A stretch of 64,000 bases of DNA, from positions 30,519 through 94,518 of the IMG/VR virus record IMGVR_UViG_3300044695_005756; one strand, written 5' to 3'. A model generated the notes under the pieces. It was not told the DNA's origin. It did not search any database and saw only the letters and a program-made list of their open reading frames with translations. The stretch comes from a virus. Positions 31,626 through 39,999 of this stretch are shown piece by piece (positions within the stretch are counted from its first letter, which is position 1; every line of letters begins with the position of its first letter). The position numbers and the translations under genes were made by a program.

Positions 31626-32977
31626 TATGTCTTATATGATTCGTTATAATCACTAGCAATTTTATTTTGATCTGGATTACTAACAAAAGCTCTTTTATCG
31701 TTTGTAGAATCTGTCGCAACTTCAATAACTGTAACATGTTTTGTTAAGCCAAGTATATGTCGTGTCCCAGTAATTACATATTTTCCACTTACTGAAGTAT
31801 CTTCTTCCGATTCTTGACCCTTAGAATGTGCGCCGAATCCAGATGTTTCGAAATTCACATTCTTACCAGAAGTCAATTGAAAATTGCCTGGCATAACTAT
31901 CTTCAATCTTCTTGTCATTAAATTACCTAATATTGACCGTCTTTGTGCTATTATCTGCTCATAAGGTTCATTTTTTGATATTGACGTTGGATCATTTTCT
32001 TTCACGTAACTGCTTTTACCTCTAATCTGATTGTGAATACTCATCGCTTGTTTCGTATCATATGAAGTTTTGGTAGTGGTCAATTTGTCTCTGTTGTGTA
32101 TTTCAGTATCTAAAGGACTTTTATTTGCATGATCTACCAACTTATATACTTCGTCAAAAGAAAATTGTTGACTGCCGAAACTTCTAGTAATAGGATCGAA
32201 ACCTAAGAATTTACCCGAATTAACTCCATCTTTCATTCTGTCTAAAAGATCGAACTGAGACAGAACCTCAAAACTTCTTGCTTGACTCATTTCATAAAAT
32301 TCATTTCCATCATCAACATTTTTGGGAGTAAAACTGATATTAATAATAGCATTTTTAGTTAATATTGTAGACAAAGATGTAAAATTGTAACCCTCAGCAT
32401 TACAGAAAAAAACGTATTCTGGTGAGTTTTTTGAACTCAATGCTCTTTTCGTACACCATTCAATAGCATCAAGAGGTGACAAATTTGGAATCACAACTTT
32501 TCTTATTCCATAAGTTTCTTGAAAAAGACTGGTGTTCTTTTTAGGCACTTTTAAATTATTTGTCAATATTTTCTGAATAACGGAAGAATATGTTAGACCA
32601 TTAAAACTTTGATTTATCTTCTGTTGCTCAGAAAAAACATACTCATCAGAGACAAAGTGAAGTATATAAGATTCGCTTGTTTGATTGATGTTTTTTCTAT
32701 CAGTCTGTTTGTATATTCTATATGATTTTTTGAAAGACGCAAATCCCACATCATCACTTTTTGATATTGTCATGGCAATTACATCCGAGCCATCTAAAGC
32801 CAATCTTTTTGATAATTTTATAGAATCGACAATTAGTATATTACCAGAAATGACTGGTAAAAAAAGAGAATCGAAAAGATTTAGCTCTTCAAATATTTCC
32901 TCAATACCTACTTTTCCACCTTTCGTTTGCACAAAAAGCTCTTGGATTCTATACTGTGTAGGTTCAATTATTTTCAT
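31625..32977 (-). CDS. Baseplate hub protein (gp27-like)
   Basis: Position between gp53 and gp5; LFLPVISGNI.I.DS and SGKYVITGTRH motifs. Confidence 0.65.
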   Translation of the reverse strand: MKIIEPTQYRIQELFVQTKGGKVGIEEIFEELNLFDSLFLPVISGNILIVDSIKLSKRLALDGSDVIAMTISKSDDVGFASFKKSYRIYKQTDRKNINQTSESYILHFVSDEYVFSEQQKINQSFNGLTYSSVIQKILTNNLKVPKKNTSLFQETYGIRKVVIPNLSPLDAIEWCTKRALSSKNSPEYVFFCNAEGYNFTSLSTILTKNAIINISFTPKNVDDGNEFYEMSQARSFEVLSQFDLLDRMKDGVNSGKFLGFDPITRSFGSQQFSFDEVYKLVDHANKSPLDTEIHNRDKLTTTKTSYDTKQAMSIHNQIRGKSSYVKENDPTSISKNEPYEQIIAQRRSILGNLMTRRLKIVMPGNFQLTSGKNVNFETSGFGAHSKGQESEEDTSVSGKYVITGTRHILGLTKHVTVIEVATDSTNDKRAFVSNPDQNKIASDYNESYKT

Positions 32978-33645
32978 GATGGATTAATTATATCTTTAAA
33001 TTCTTTCATAATCTGGGACACGAATTCGGGCTTCAATATTTTAATTTTTCTTTTACTTTCATTCAATTCTTCTTCATACTGATAATACGTTTGCGTTTCT
33101 TTTGTGATAGTTTCAGTAATTAGATTTCCACCTGGTAATGTATATGTGGTTGTTGAAGCAACAACATTCGCATATGTGTTCGCATCTAATTGAACTTTTT
33201 CTGTAATCGTTTTGCTATCTAAGTTTTTTTTATTTTCCGCTCTGGTTGTTACTTTATAATATGCTTGAATGTTAGCAGCATTTTTTGCCCAAGCTAATCC
33301 TGCTCCAGATGTTGTGTTGTTGGCGTATTTTGGACCTGAATATTTTTTGTCTATGTATTTAATGAACGCTTCTTGACGTAAAGGCCAATCATATTGAGGA
33401 TCGATTATATCATTAAACATCATAATAATCCAATGTCTTTCTGAATTATTATAAATTTTGGATGCAATAATTTCTGGCGTGTCAGATTCTTTAATATAAT
33501 AAGGATAAAAAGCCGAAGAGTTTTCTTTTAAAGATGATTCGAATCCGAACCGAGCAATGATATTTGTTACCGTATCTAGACTGGTAACATTATTTGCACC
33601 CGATGAATAATACGTGATTGGAAAATTTTCGAAATAGTCTGCCAT
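32974..33645 (-). CDS. gp53: Baseplate wedge subunit gp53
   Basis: YFENFP, DTPEIIASKIY, HWII...NDI.DPQYDWP, YEEELNESKRKIKIL motifs. Confidence 0.92.
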   Translation of the reverse strand: MADYFENFPITYYSSGANNVTSLDTVTNIIARFGFESSLKENSSAFYPYYIKESDTPEIIASKIYNNSERHWIIMMFNDIIDPQYDWPLRQEAFIKYIDKKYSGPKYANNTTSGAGLAWAKNAANIQAYYKVTTRAENKKNLDSKTITEKVQLDANTYANVVASTTTYTLPGGNLITETITKETQTYYQYEEELNESKRKIKILKPEFVSQIMKEFKDIINPS

Positions 33646-33652
33646 TTTTTGT

Positions 33653-34981
33653 TTAAGATTGTGCGTAACCGCCTATGTTTGTGTTTTTCGGCGAATAACT
33701 AGAAGTTTTATTATTGGGTGCAGATGTTTCTCTCACTAAACTCTGAGATGCAAAATCTTCTTTAGTGATATAAGTAGTCTCTCTAAATTGAAGTGACATT
33801 TGAATTGCAACAGGCATACCTGTTCTACCTAAAGCTGGAGAATTTTCTCCAGCAACTTCATACGCAGACCAACCGCGTGGTGCAAAATTTACTTGAATAT
33901 TTTCCAAAACGCAAGATGCGATAGGAGGAATATTTGGATTTTGTTTACCTGCATAAAAAAACTTAATATCAAATTCTGATGGAGGTATTAACATACCTGT
34001 TTGTCTACCGCTCTGAAACTTGTCGAGTTCGGGTGCTTGATGAAATCTAAAACGATCTATTATTCGTTGAACTTCAAACGCTTCTCGTTCATCTCTAGGA
34101 TAAAACATAAATTCAAACTGAAAGCTTCTTAAACTTGGCGATGAGTAAATTAACTCAAGCATTGGATTTGTTACTTTACCTGTAGCACCAAAAAGACCCA
34201 ATCTACCAGTCGCACCTCCTCCACCAGGTATTTTAGCAATAACATCTTGTGCAAATTGCTGTGCTAATCCAGATTTGATTGCAACTCCTGCTAACTGTGA
34301 ACCTCTCATTCCACTCTTATAAGCATCAGTAAGTTCTGATGCTGCAACTGCAAACTGTCCTAGTTTTTCTTCACCAGGACGCATCTCGGAATAACTTGCA
34401 GTTGAATCAAAATTAATTGTATCTGGCATGTATAAAGCAATTGCATCATTTGTCAATCTTGTTCTGTTTAAAAAACCGAATGGACTTTTATCGGTTATTT
34501 GAGCAATCGATTGGCCTATTGATGAATCAAAAGATTCTTCTCTAGCTGCTTTTTGTGGTCCAGAAACAAAACTATTAATTGCATTACCTACTTTTCCAGT
34601 AACTCCACCTTGTTTGTTAAGATACGTTCCACCTTTTGTAAGTGCGCTTCCTAACTTATCATTTAAAAACGATGCAAAATCATTTCTTGATGATTCGGAC
34701 ACAAGACCACTTCCTTTAACTTGCTTATCCAAACTTGCAAATAAAGCTTGTTCTTTTCCTTTTTCAAAAGATTGGCCACCTCTTTTTGCTACACCAAAGT
34801 TGGTGTTCATTTGCTCACGCACAAAGAAAATCATATAATGTCCTTTGTCGGCACTTCCTACATCGTTAGGATATTTCAGAGTCGTTTTCTGAAAAGGTGA
34901 GCCTTCTAGTGCAGAAAGAGGACCAAATGATCTTCGTTCTATGTCGTTGAATTTTATATCGGTTAAACCAAAGAGTGCCAT
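33653..34981 (-). CDS. gp48: Baseplate tail-tube cap gp48
   Basis: LKYP, IALYMP, NPMLELIY..P.LRSFQFEF.F.PR, MPVAIQMSLQFRE motifs. Confidence 0.88.
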   Translation of the reverse strand: MALFGLTDIKFNDIERRSFGPLSALEGSPFQKTTLKYPNDVGSADKGHYMIFFVREQMNTNFGVAKRGGQSFEKGKEQALFASLDKQVKGSGLVSESSRNDFASFLNDKLGSALTKGGTYLNKQGGVTGKVGNAINSFVSGPQKAAREESFDSSIGQSIAQITDKSPFGFLNRTRLTNDAIALYMPDTINFDSTASYSEMRPGEEKLGQFAVAASELTDAYKSGMRGSQLAGVAIKSGLAQQFAQDVIAKIPGGGGATGRLGLFGATGKVTNPMLELIYSSPSLRSFQFEFMFYPRDEREAFEVQRIIDRFRFHQAPELDKFQSGRQTGMLIPPSEFDIKFFYAGKQNPNIPPIASCVLENIQVNFAPRGWSAYEVAGENSPALGRTGMPVAIQMSLQFRETTYITKEDFASQSLVRETSAPNNKTSSYSPKNTNIGGYAQS

Positions 34982-35010
34982 ATGGATTTCCTGTTTAGTT
35001 GACTAGATAG

Positions 35011-35017
35011 TATTTAT
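35011..35017 (-). promoter_or_regulatory. T4-like late promoter (ATAAATA) for the gp48 operon
   Basis: ATAAATA ~30 nt upstream of gp48; further copies at 21345-21351(-), 28559-28565(-), 48365-48371(-), 50188-50194(-), 59476-59482(-). Confidence 0.6.
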
Positions 35018-35450
35018 GTCAAACAAAGGTAGATTTAGACCGAAAAACCCACAGAAATACAAAGGTGATGCAAATAACATTATCTACAGGTCCACGTGGG
35101 AAATAAAGGTAATGAATTATTTAGATGAGAATCCGAACGTCTTATGGTGGGGTTCGGAAGAGCTGCCTATACCGTATCTCAATCCTATCGATAAAAAGAA
35201 GCATCGATATTTTCCAGATTTCATCGCCAAAATGAAAAAGTCTGATGGTACTGTAATAACTTATGTGATTGAGGTCAAGCCAGAAAAACAAACTCAGCCG
35301 CCCAAGCAAAAACGCAAAACAAAATCTTTTCTACAAGAGTCGATTACCTACGAAATCAACAAAGCCAAATGGTATGCGGCTGAAGAGTTCTGTAAAGATC
35401 ATGGGTGGCAATTTCAGATTTTAACTGAAAAACATTTAGGAATAAGATAA
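35016..35450 (+). CDS. gp4: Head completion nuclease gp4
   Basis: KGRFRPKNPQKYKGD..IIYRS.WE, W.SEE..IPY, YFPDF, EVKP motifs. Confidence 0.93.
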   Translation: MSNKGRFRPKNPQKYKGDANNIIYRSTWEIKVMNYLDENPNVLWWGSEELPIPYLNPIDKKKHRYFPDFIAKMKKSDGTVITYVIEVKPEKQTQPPKQKRKTKSFLQESITYEINKAKWYAAEEFCKDHGWQFQILTEKHLGIR

Positions 35451-35453
35451 ATA
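35447..35453 (+). promoter_or_regulatory. T4-like late promoter (ATAAATA) for gp2
   Basis: ATAAATA immediately upstream of the gp2 ATG. Confidence 0.55.
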
Positions 35454-35457
35454 CAAC

Positions 35458-36039
35458 ATGGCAAAACGACTAATTGATAGAATTAAGGAATCCCTTGCTA
35501 AAGAAGGATATGAGCCACGTTCACGTTTTGCGCGAACATGGTTAAAATCCAAAGTTCCGACACTTAGACCCACAAAAGGTGATCTAATGCGTGATCGTGA
35601 ACGACTAAGAAACAAGTCTATCATAGGTCGCATGTATTTTTATTATTACGATCCAAAGACGAAAGATTCGTTGCCATATTACGACAGGTTCCCATTGGTT
35701 ATTCCAATAGAACGATACTCAGACGGCTTTTTAGGGTTGAATCTACATTACATTCACCCAAAGCGACGAATCATTCTTCTAGACAAATTGAGCACCATAT
35801 TAAACAATGACAGTTATGATGAGACAACAAGGTTCAAAATTAGCTACGCTTATCTTAAATCGGCATCTAAAATTTTTGAAGCAAAGCCTTGTATAAAAAG
35901 ATATTTAACAAGACATGTACAATCCAGATTTTTGGAAATAACAGCGGATGAGTGGGACATTGCAGTAATGTTACCCGTTGAATCATTTGCAAAAGAAAAA
36001 GCCAGAACTGTTTGGTCAGAATCAGAGGACAAATTCTAA
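35458..36039 (+). CDS. gp2: DNA end protector gp2
   Basis: GRMYFYYYDPKTK..LPYYDRFPLV, GFLGLNLHY, PCIKRYL motifs. Confidence 0.93.
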   Translation: MAKRLIDRIKESLAKEGYEPRSRFARTWLKSKVPTLRPTKGDLMRDRERLRNKSIIGRMYFYYYDPKTKDSLPYYDRFPLVIPIERYSDGFLGLNLHYIHPKRRIILLDKLSTILNNDSYDETTRFKISYAYLKSASKIFEAKPCIKRYLTRHVQSRFLEITADEWDIAVMLPVESFAKEKARTVWSESEDKF

Positions 36040-36776
36040 TGTCATTTTCACCTAACGCATTTTTATCTAATGTTAATGCAAAGGAAGGGCTTGCAAGAAC
36101 CAATCGTTTTCAAGTTATATTACCTATACCGCCATACATTGCAGAATATGTGAGTAATTCTTTAATTGAAAGAATTTTAAATTTTCCTAATTCGATTATG
36201 TCTGACGTTACAGGTGCTATTAATGATGCTTTGGGTAGAAATAAAGATAAAGGATTTGAATCTGCTAATCCTGGCATGACAAGATATTTGGCACTACAAT
36301 GTGAATCTGCCGAACTTCCTGGTAAATCTTTCGTTACCGAAGACGTTAAGATATATGGACCAGTATTTAAAGTTCCTTATCAAGTGCAGTATGGAGAAAC
36401 CACACTAAACTTTATTTGCACGAATGATTTTTATGAGAGAAAACTTTTCGAGCGTTGGATGGAAGCAATCATGCCGACTGATACTAACAATCTTCGTTTC
36501 CCTAAAGGACAGAATTCAAAATACATGACTGAAATTACAGTCAAACAATATAACGATGATGTGAAGCAAATTTTTGGTGTCACATTTAAAGACGCCTTTC
36601 CAATCAACATGGCAGCACAACCTTTAAATTGGAGTGACGATGGCTTTCATCGTTTGAGTATACAATTTGCTTATCAAAAATACGTTCCAATTGTTGATAG
36701 TAAATACGACATTGGAGAAATAGTTACTTCAGCAGTTCAAGGTGGCGCTGGAGCAATTGGAAGAGCAATTTTTTAA
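36039..36776 (+). CDS. gp54: Tail-tube-like baseplate protein (gp54/gp19 family)
   Basis: GLARTNRFQV, CESAELPG, FE.WM, DAFPI...LNW motifs; start reassigned to ATG 36039 overlapping the gp2 stop. Confidence 0.7.
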   Translation: MSFSPNAFLSNVNAKEGLARTNRFQVILPIPPYIAEYVSNSLIERILNFPNSIMSDVTGAINDALGRNKDKGFESANPGMTRYLALQCESAELPGKSFVTEDVKIYGPVFKVPYQVQYGETTLNFICTNDFYERKLFERWMEAIMPTDTNNLRFPKGQNSKYMTEITVKQYNDDVKQIFGVTFKDAFPINMAAQPLNWSDDGFHRLSIQFAYQKYVPIVDSKYDIGEIVTSAVQGGAGAIGRAIF

Positions 36777-36793
36777 ATTAAAGTGAGGACATT

Positions 36794-37525
36794 ATGTTAC
36801 CTAAACTAGACGTACCGATTTATGAAACCAAATTAATTTCAAATGACCAAGTCGTTAGATTTCGTCCATTTCTGGTTAAAGAACAAAAACTCTTTTTGAT
36901 GGCAGCAGAATCAGAAGAACCAAAAGATACAATTAATGCTATCAAACAAGTATTGAGAAACTGTATATTAGATGACATAGATGTTGATAGCATGGCTACA
37001 TTTGATATTGAATATCTTTTTCTCCAACTTCGTGCCAGATCGATTGGTGAAGTTGTGAATCTCAGATTTAATTGCAATAACAATGTTACCGAAAAAGGTG
37101 AAGAAAAAAAGTGTGGCAACTTAGTTAAAATTGATATCAACGTGTTAGAAATTAATCCTACTAAAGACCAAGAACACACGAATAAAATACAAATTACAGA
37201 CAAAGTAGGAGTTGTGTTAAAGTATCCTACATTTAATTCTATTGATTCAAATGAGATTGATTCTCAAGACATGCAACAAGTTTTAAATGTGATTGTATCT
37301 TGTATTGATTATGTTTATGATGATGAACAAGTTTATTACGCGAAAGATACCAAAAAAGAAGAATTGATTGAGTTTATCGAAAACATGAAGCAAGGAGATT
37401 TGGAAAAACTGTCTTCTTTCTTTACGACATTACCTAAGTTGAAAAAAGACGTACAATTCCATTGCGATAAATGTGGGTATGAGGAAGACATTATTCTGGA
37501 AGGCGTTCAAAGTTTTTTCGGATAA
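36794..37525 (+). CDS. gp26: Baseplate hub assembly protein gp26-like
   Basis: MLPKLDVPIYE, FRPFLVKEQK, FDIEYLFLQLRARSIGE, CxxC, LEGVQSFF motifs. Confidence 0.88.
   Translation: MLPKLDVPIYETKLISNDQVVRFRPFLVKEQKLFLMAAESEEPKDTINAIKQVLRNCILDDIDVDSMATFDIEYLFLQLRARSIGEVVNLRFNCNNNVTEKGEEKKCGNLVKIDINVLEINPTKDQEHTNKIQITDKVGVVLKYPTFNSIDSNEIDSQDMQQVLNVIVSCIDYVYDDEQVYYAKDTKKEELIEFIENMKQGDLEKLSSFFTTLPKLKKDVQFHCDKCGYEEDIILEGVQSFFG
37513..37519 (+). other. Candidate -1 programmed ribosomal frameshift site T TTT TTC
   Basis: X XXY YYZ heptamer in the gp26 frame, followed by one more codon (GGA) and then the stop; the -1 frame is open into gp51. Confidence 0.6.
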
Positions 37526-37575
37526 TTTTTAGTCATGAGACACTAGGTAATTACTTTCAAACTAACTTTGCATTA

Positions 37576-37716
37576 ATGCAGCATCACAAATATAGTTTGA
37601 CAGAATTGGATAATTTGATGCCTTGGGAAAGACAAGTTTATATTGATTTGTTGTTGAAACACTTAGATGAAGAAGCAGAGAGAGTAAAAGAAGAAAAAAG
37701 ACGAGCCGCAAAATAA
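37576..37716 (+). CDS. gp51: gp51-like baseplate hub assembly catalyst (short form; frame is open upstream to the slippery site)
   Basis: Not in the ORF track. MQHHKYSLTELDNLMPWERQVYIDLL, preceded in frame by NYFQTNFAL. Confidence 0.88.
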   Translation: MQHHKYSLTELDNLMPWERQVYIDLLLKHLDEEAERVKEEKRRAAK

Positions 37717-37719
37717 AAA

Positions 37720-39999
37720 ATGGTCTACACTAAAACAACAGGTAAAATAGGAGTAATGGACATTCCTCCTAATCCTAAGAAAAAGACTCCTTCACAGTCT
37801 AAAAATGATCCTAACGTAATCTTAGGCAAAGTTGCCAAAGATGTTGCTGCTTTAAAAGTAAGTGTTTTAAAATTAGCTAAACTCTTTGAAGATGAAAAAA
37901 AGTCTGCTGCAATTGCTAGACAAAAGCAACGTGCGGAAGACTATGCGGCAAAATATAAAAGAGCAACGCCTACCAAAGCTGATCGTTCTGCTGTTAAAGA
38001 AAACAAAAAGTCTCTTTTAGATATGTTAAAAGAGGCTCTATCAAATATTTTTACCTTCATCATAGCGGGTCTTGCTGCAATCGGATTGTCTAAACTCCTA
38101 AGCGTGTCGGGAGTAATGGATACGATTACAGAATTTACCAAAAGATTAATTATCGGCATTTCTGAGTTACTTCAGAAAGGCATGAATTTTATATCAAGCA
38201 TAATAAAAGATCCTCAAGTAATTCAAACAATCTTCGATCTTGCAAAAACTATTCTTCAATTTATTGGTGATGCGATTACTGCTGGTGCAAAATTTTTCAG
38301 TAAATTTGTAAGTGATGCTGGTAATCAAAAAATTATTGGCGATATTATTGTTGCGATAATAAGTGGAATCGCAAGCGCAATTAAAGCCGCATATTCCATA
38401 ACAAAAAATATTCTATCTGAAAATTCTGATGCAATAAAAGAAGGCGCAATGAGCGTTTTCTTAGTCATAAAAGATATCATTGTAGGCACTTTAAAAGCTG
38501 GCCAGAGTATTCTTGGGAGTGCAGAATTAAAAGAACAATTTGTTTACATAGGCAATGCGATTATGAACTTCATTGGTCAAGTCATGAATATGCCTATTTT
38601 CGAAGTCAATGGAACTAAAGTTACTCTGAAACAAGCACTCATAGGACTTGCTGTTGCGACAACGGTCATGCAAGCAGGTATGTATTATGTAATTGGTGCA
38701 TTGCAAGGTCTTGGAATGAAAGCTGCTGGAATTAAATCTGGTCGTGGCGGTGGTTCTAAAGATGGTAAGCCCGAAACTGGAAAAGATGTACCAGGTGGCA
38801 AAGGCAAAAAAAGTCGCATGCCGTCATTTAATACGATTGTTGGAGCTGGAGCAACGGCATTTGCTGCATACGAAATTTATGATTTAATGAAGCCTGAAAA
38901 AACTGATCGTTCAACTGAGCCTTCTGATTCAACTTTCTCTTCTTCATCTACTTCACCAAAACCAAGTGGTGCATCCACAAAATCTGGATCGCAACAAAAT
39001 CAATCGCCGAATCAGAATTATTCTTTTGATGCAATGAAAACTAAAGTACAAAAGATGCTTGGTCTTGATACTTTTGGTGAAGGATCGAAGCTTTCCGATA
39101 GTGAATTGAAACGTCGAGCTAATGAATTTGGATTTCAACACGGAAGAACTGTAAAATATACCGACACAAATGGTCATCAAGCATCTTTTGTACATTCGGT
39201 TCATGCAGCTTTAGTTGATCCAAATTTACCGATACCTGAAGCTGGTGTAAATGTAAGAGATCCTAAAGCCATACAAAAAAATATTGATTTTTTCAAGAAA
39301 CAAGATCAAAACAATCCTGAAACTCTTTTCAAGATAGCTTTATATAAAGAGATGAAAAAGGATGCTGAACAGTATCAAAGAGTTAAAAATTTGATACCAT
39401 CTAGTGCTTCTGGTGACACATCATCTAAATCTCCGTCTAATCTCCAACCTGGAATGAAAGGCACTAGATTTGATCCTAATGTGAAAGCCATGCAAGACAA
39501 AATGTTGTCCAGAGATTCTGAAACATCGCAAGGATATGGTGGAAATGCATTACAAAGTATGGCTGCGGCTTCAACGCCAAGCATGTCATCTATGTCATCA
39601 ATGTCATCGATGGACAAAATGCTTGAGTCTATTACTGGTATGACTGGACAAAAAGACAAAGAGGGTCACGAATACGCATCTGGCGGAAGTGCGGAGAGTG
39701 GAGCAAGCGCAACCTCAGCAATGGGTGGTGTAGAAAAACCAAAAAGTATTATGGAATCTTTTGCAGATTCTTTAGGTGAAGGTTTAGCAAGTTTTGATAA
39801 AGCTACAGGAGGTAAATTAGGATTCGCTTCTACTGAACTTCAGACGTTGCTTCGTGATAAGAGTTTCTTGGAAGCTTTTGAGACTCCTGTATTTGCCGAT
39901 TCATCGAAAAACGTACAAAGCACAGACAATACTGCATTAAATGAAAAAACTCCTTCTGTATACGATGAAGTTCTTCTATCAAAAATGATGAGAGCATAA
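37720..39999 (+). CDS. Tape-measure-like / baseplate hub protein (gp29-like position)
   Basis: Long amphipathic-helical Ile/Ala-rich region followed by Ser-rich low-complexity sequence; lies after gp26/gp51. Confidence 0.55.
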   Translation: MVYTKTTGKIGVMDIPPNPKKKTPSQSKNDPNVILGKVAKDVAALKVSVLKLAKLFEDEKKSAAIARQKQRAEDYAAKYKRATPTKADRSAVKENKKSLLDMLKEALSNIFTFIIAGLAAIGLSKLLSVSGVMDTITEFTKRLIIGISELLQKGMNFISSIIKDPQVIQTIFDLAKTILQFIGDAITAGAKFFSKFVSDAGNQKIIGDIIVAIISGIASAIKAAYSITKNILSENSDAIKEGAMSVFLVIKDIIVGTLKAGQSILGSAELKEQFVYIGNAIMNFIGQVMNMPIFEVNGTKVTLKQALIGLAVATTVMQAGMYYVIGALQGLGMKAAGIKSGRGGGSKDGKPETGKDVPGGKGKKSRMPSFNTIVGAGATAFAAYEIYDLMKPEKTDRSTEPSDSTFSSSSTSPKPSGASTKSGSQQNQSPNQNYSFDAMKTKVQKMLGLDTFGEGSKLSDSELKRRANEFGFQHGRTVKYTDTNGHQASFVHSVHAALVDPNLPIPEAGVNVRDPKAIQKNIDFFKKQDQNNPETLFKIALYKEMKKDAEQYQRVKNLIPSSASGDTSSKSPSNLQPGMKGTRFDPNVKAMQDKMLSRDSETSQGYGGNALQSMAAASTPSMSSMSSMSSMDKMLESITGMTGQKDKEGHEYASGGSAESGASATSAMGGVEKPKSIMESFADSLGEGLASFDKATGGKLGFASTELQTLLRDKSFLEAFETPVFADSSKNVQSTDNTALNEKTPSVYDEVLLSKMMRA

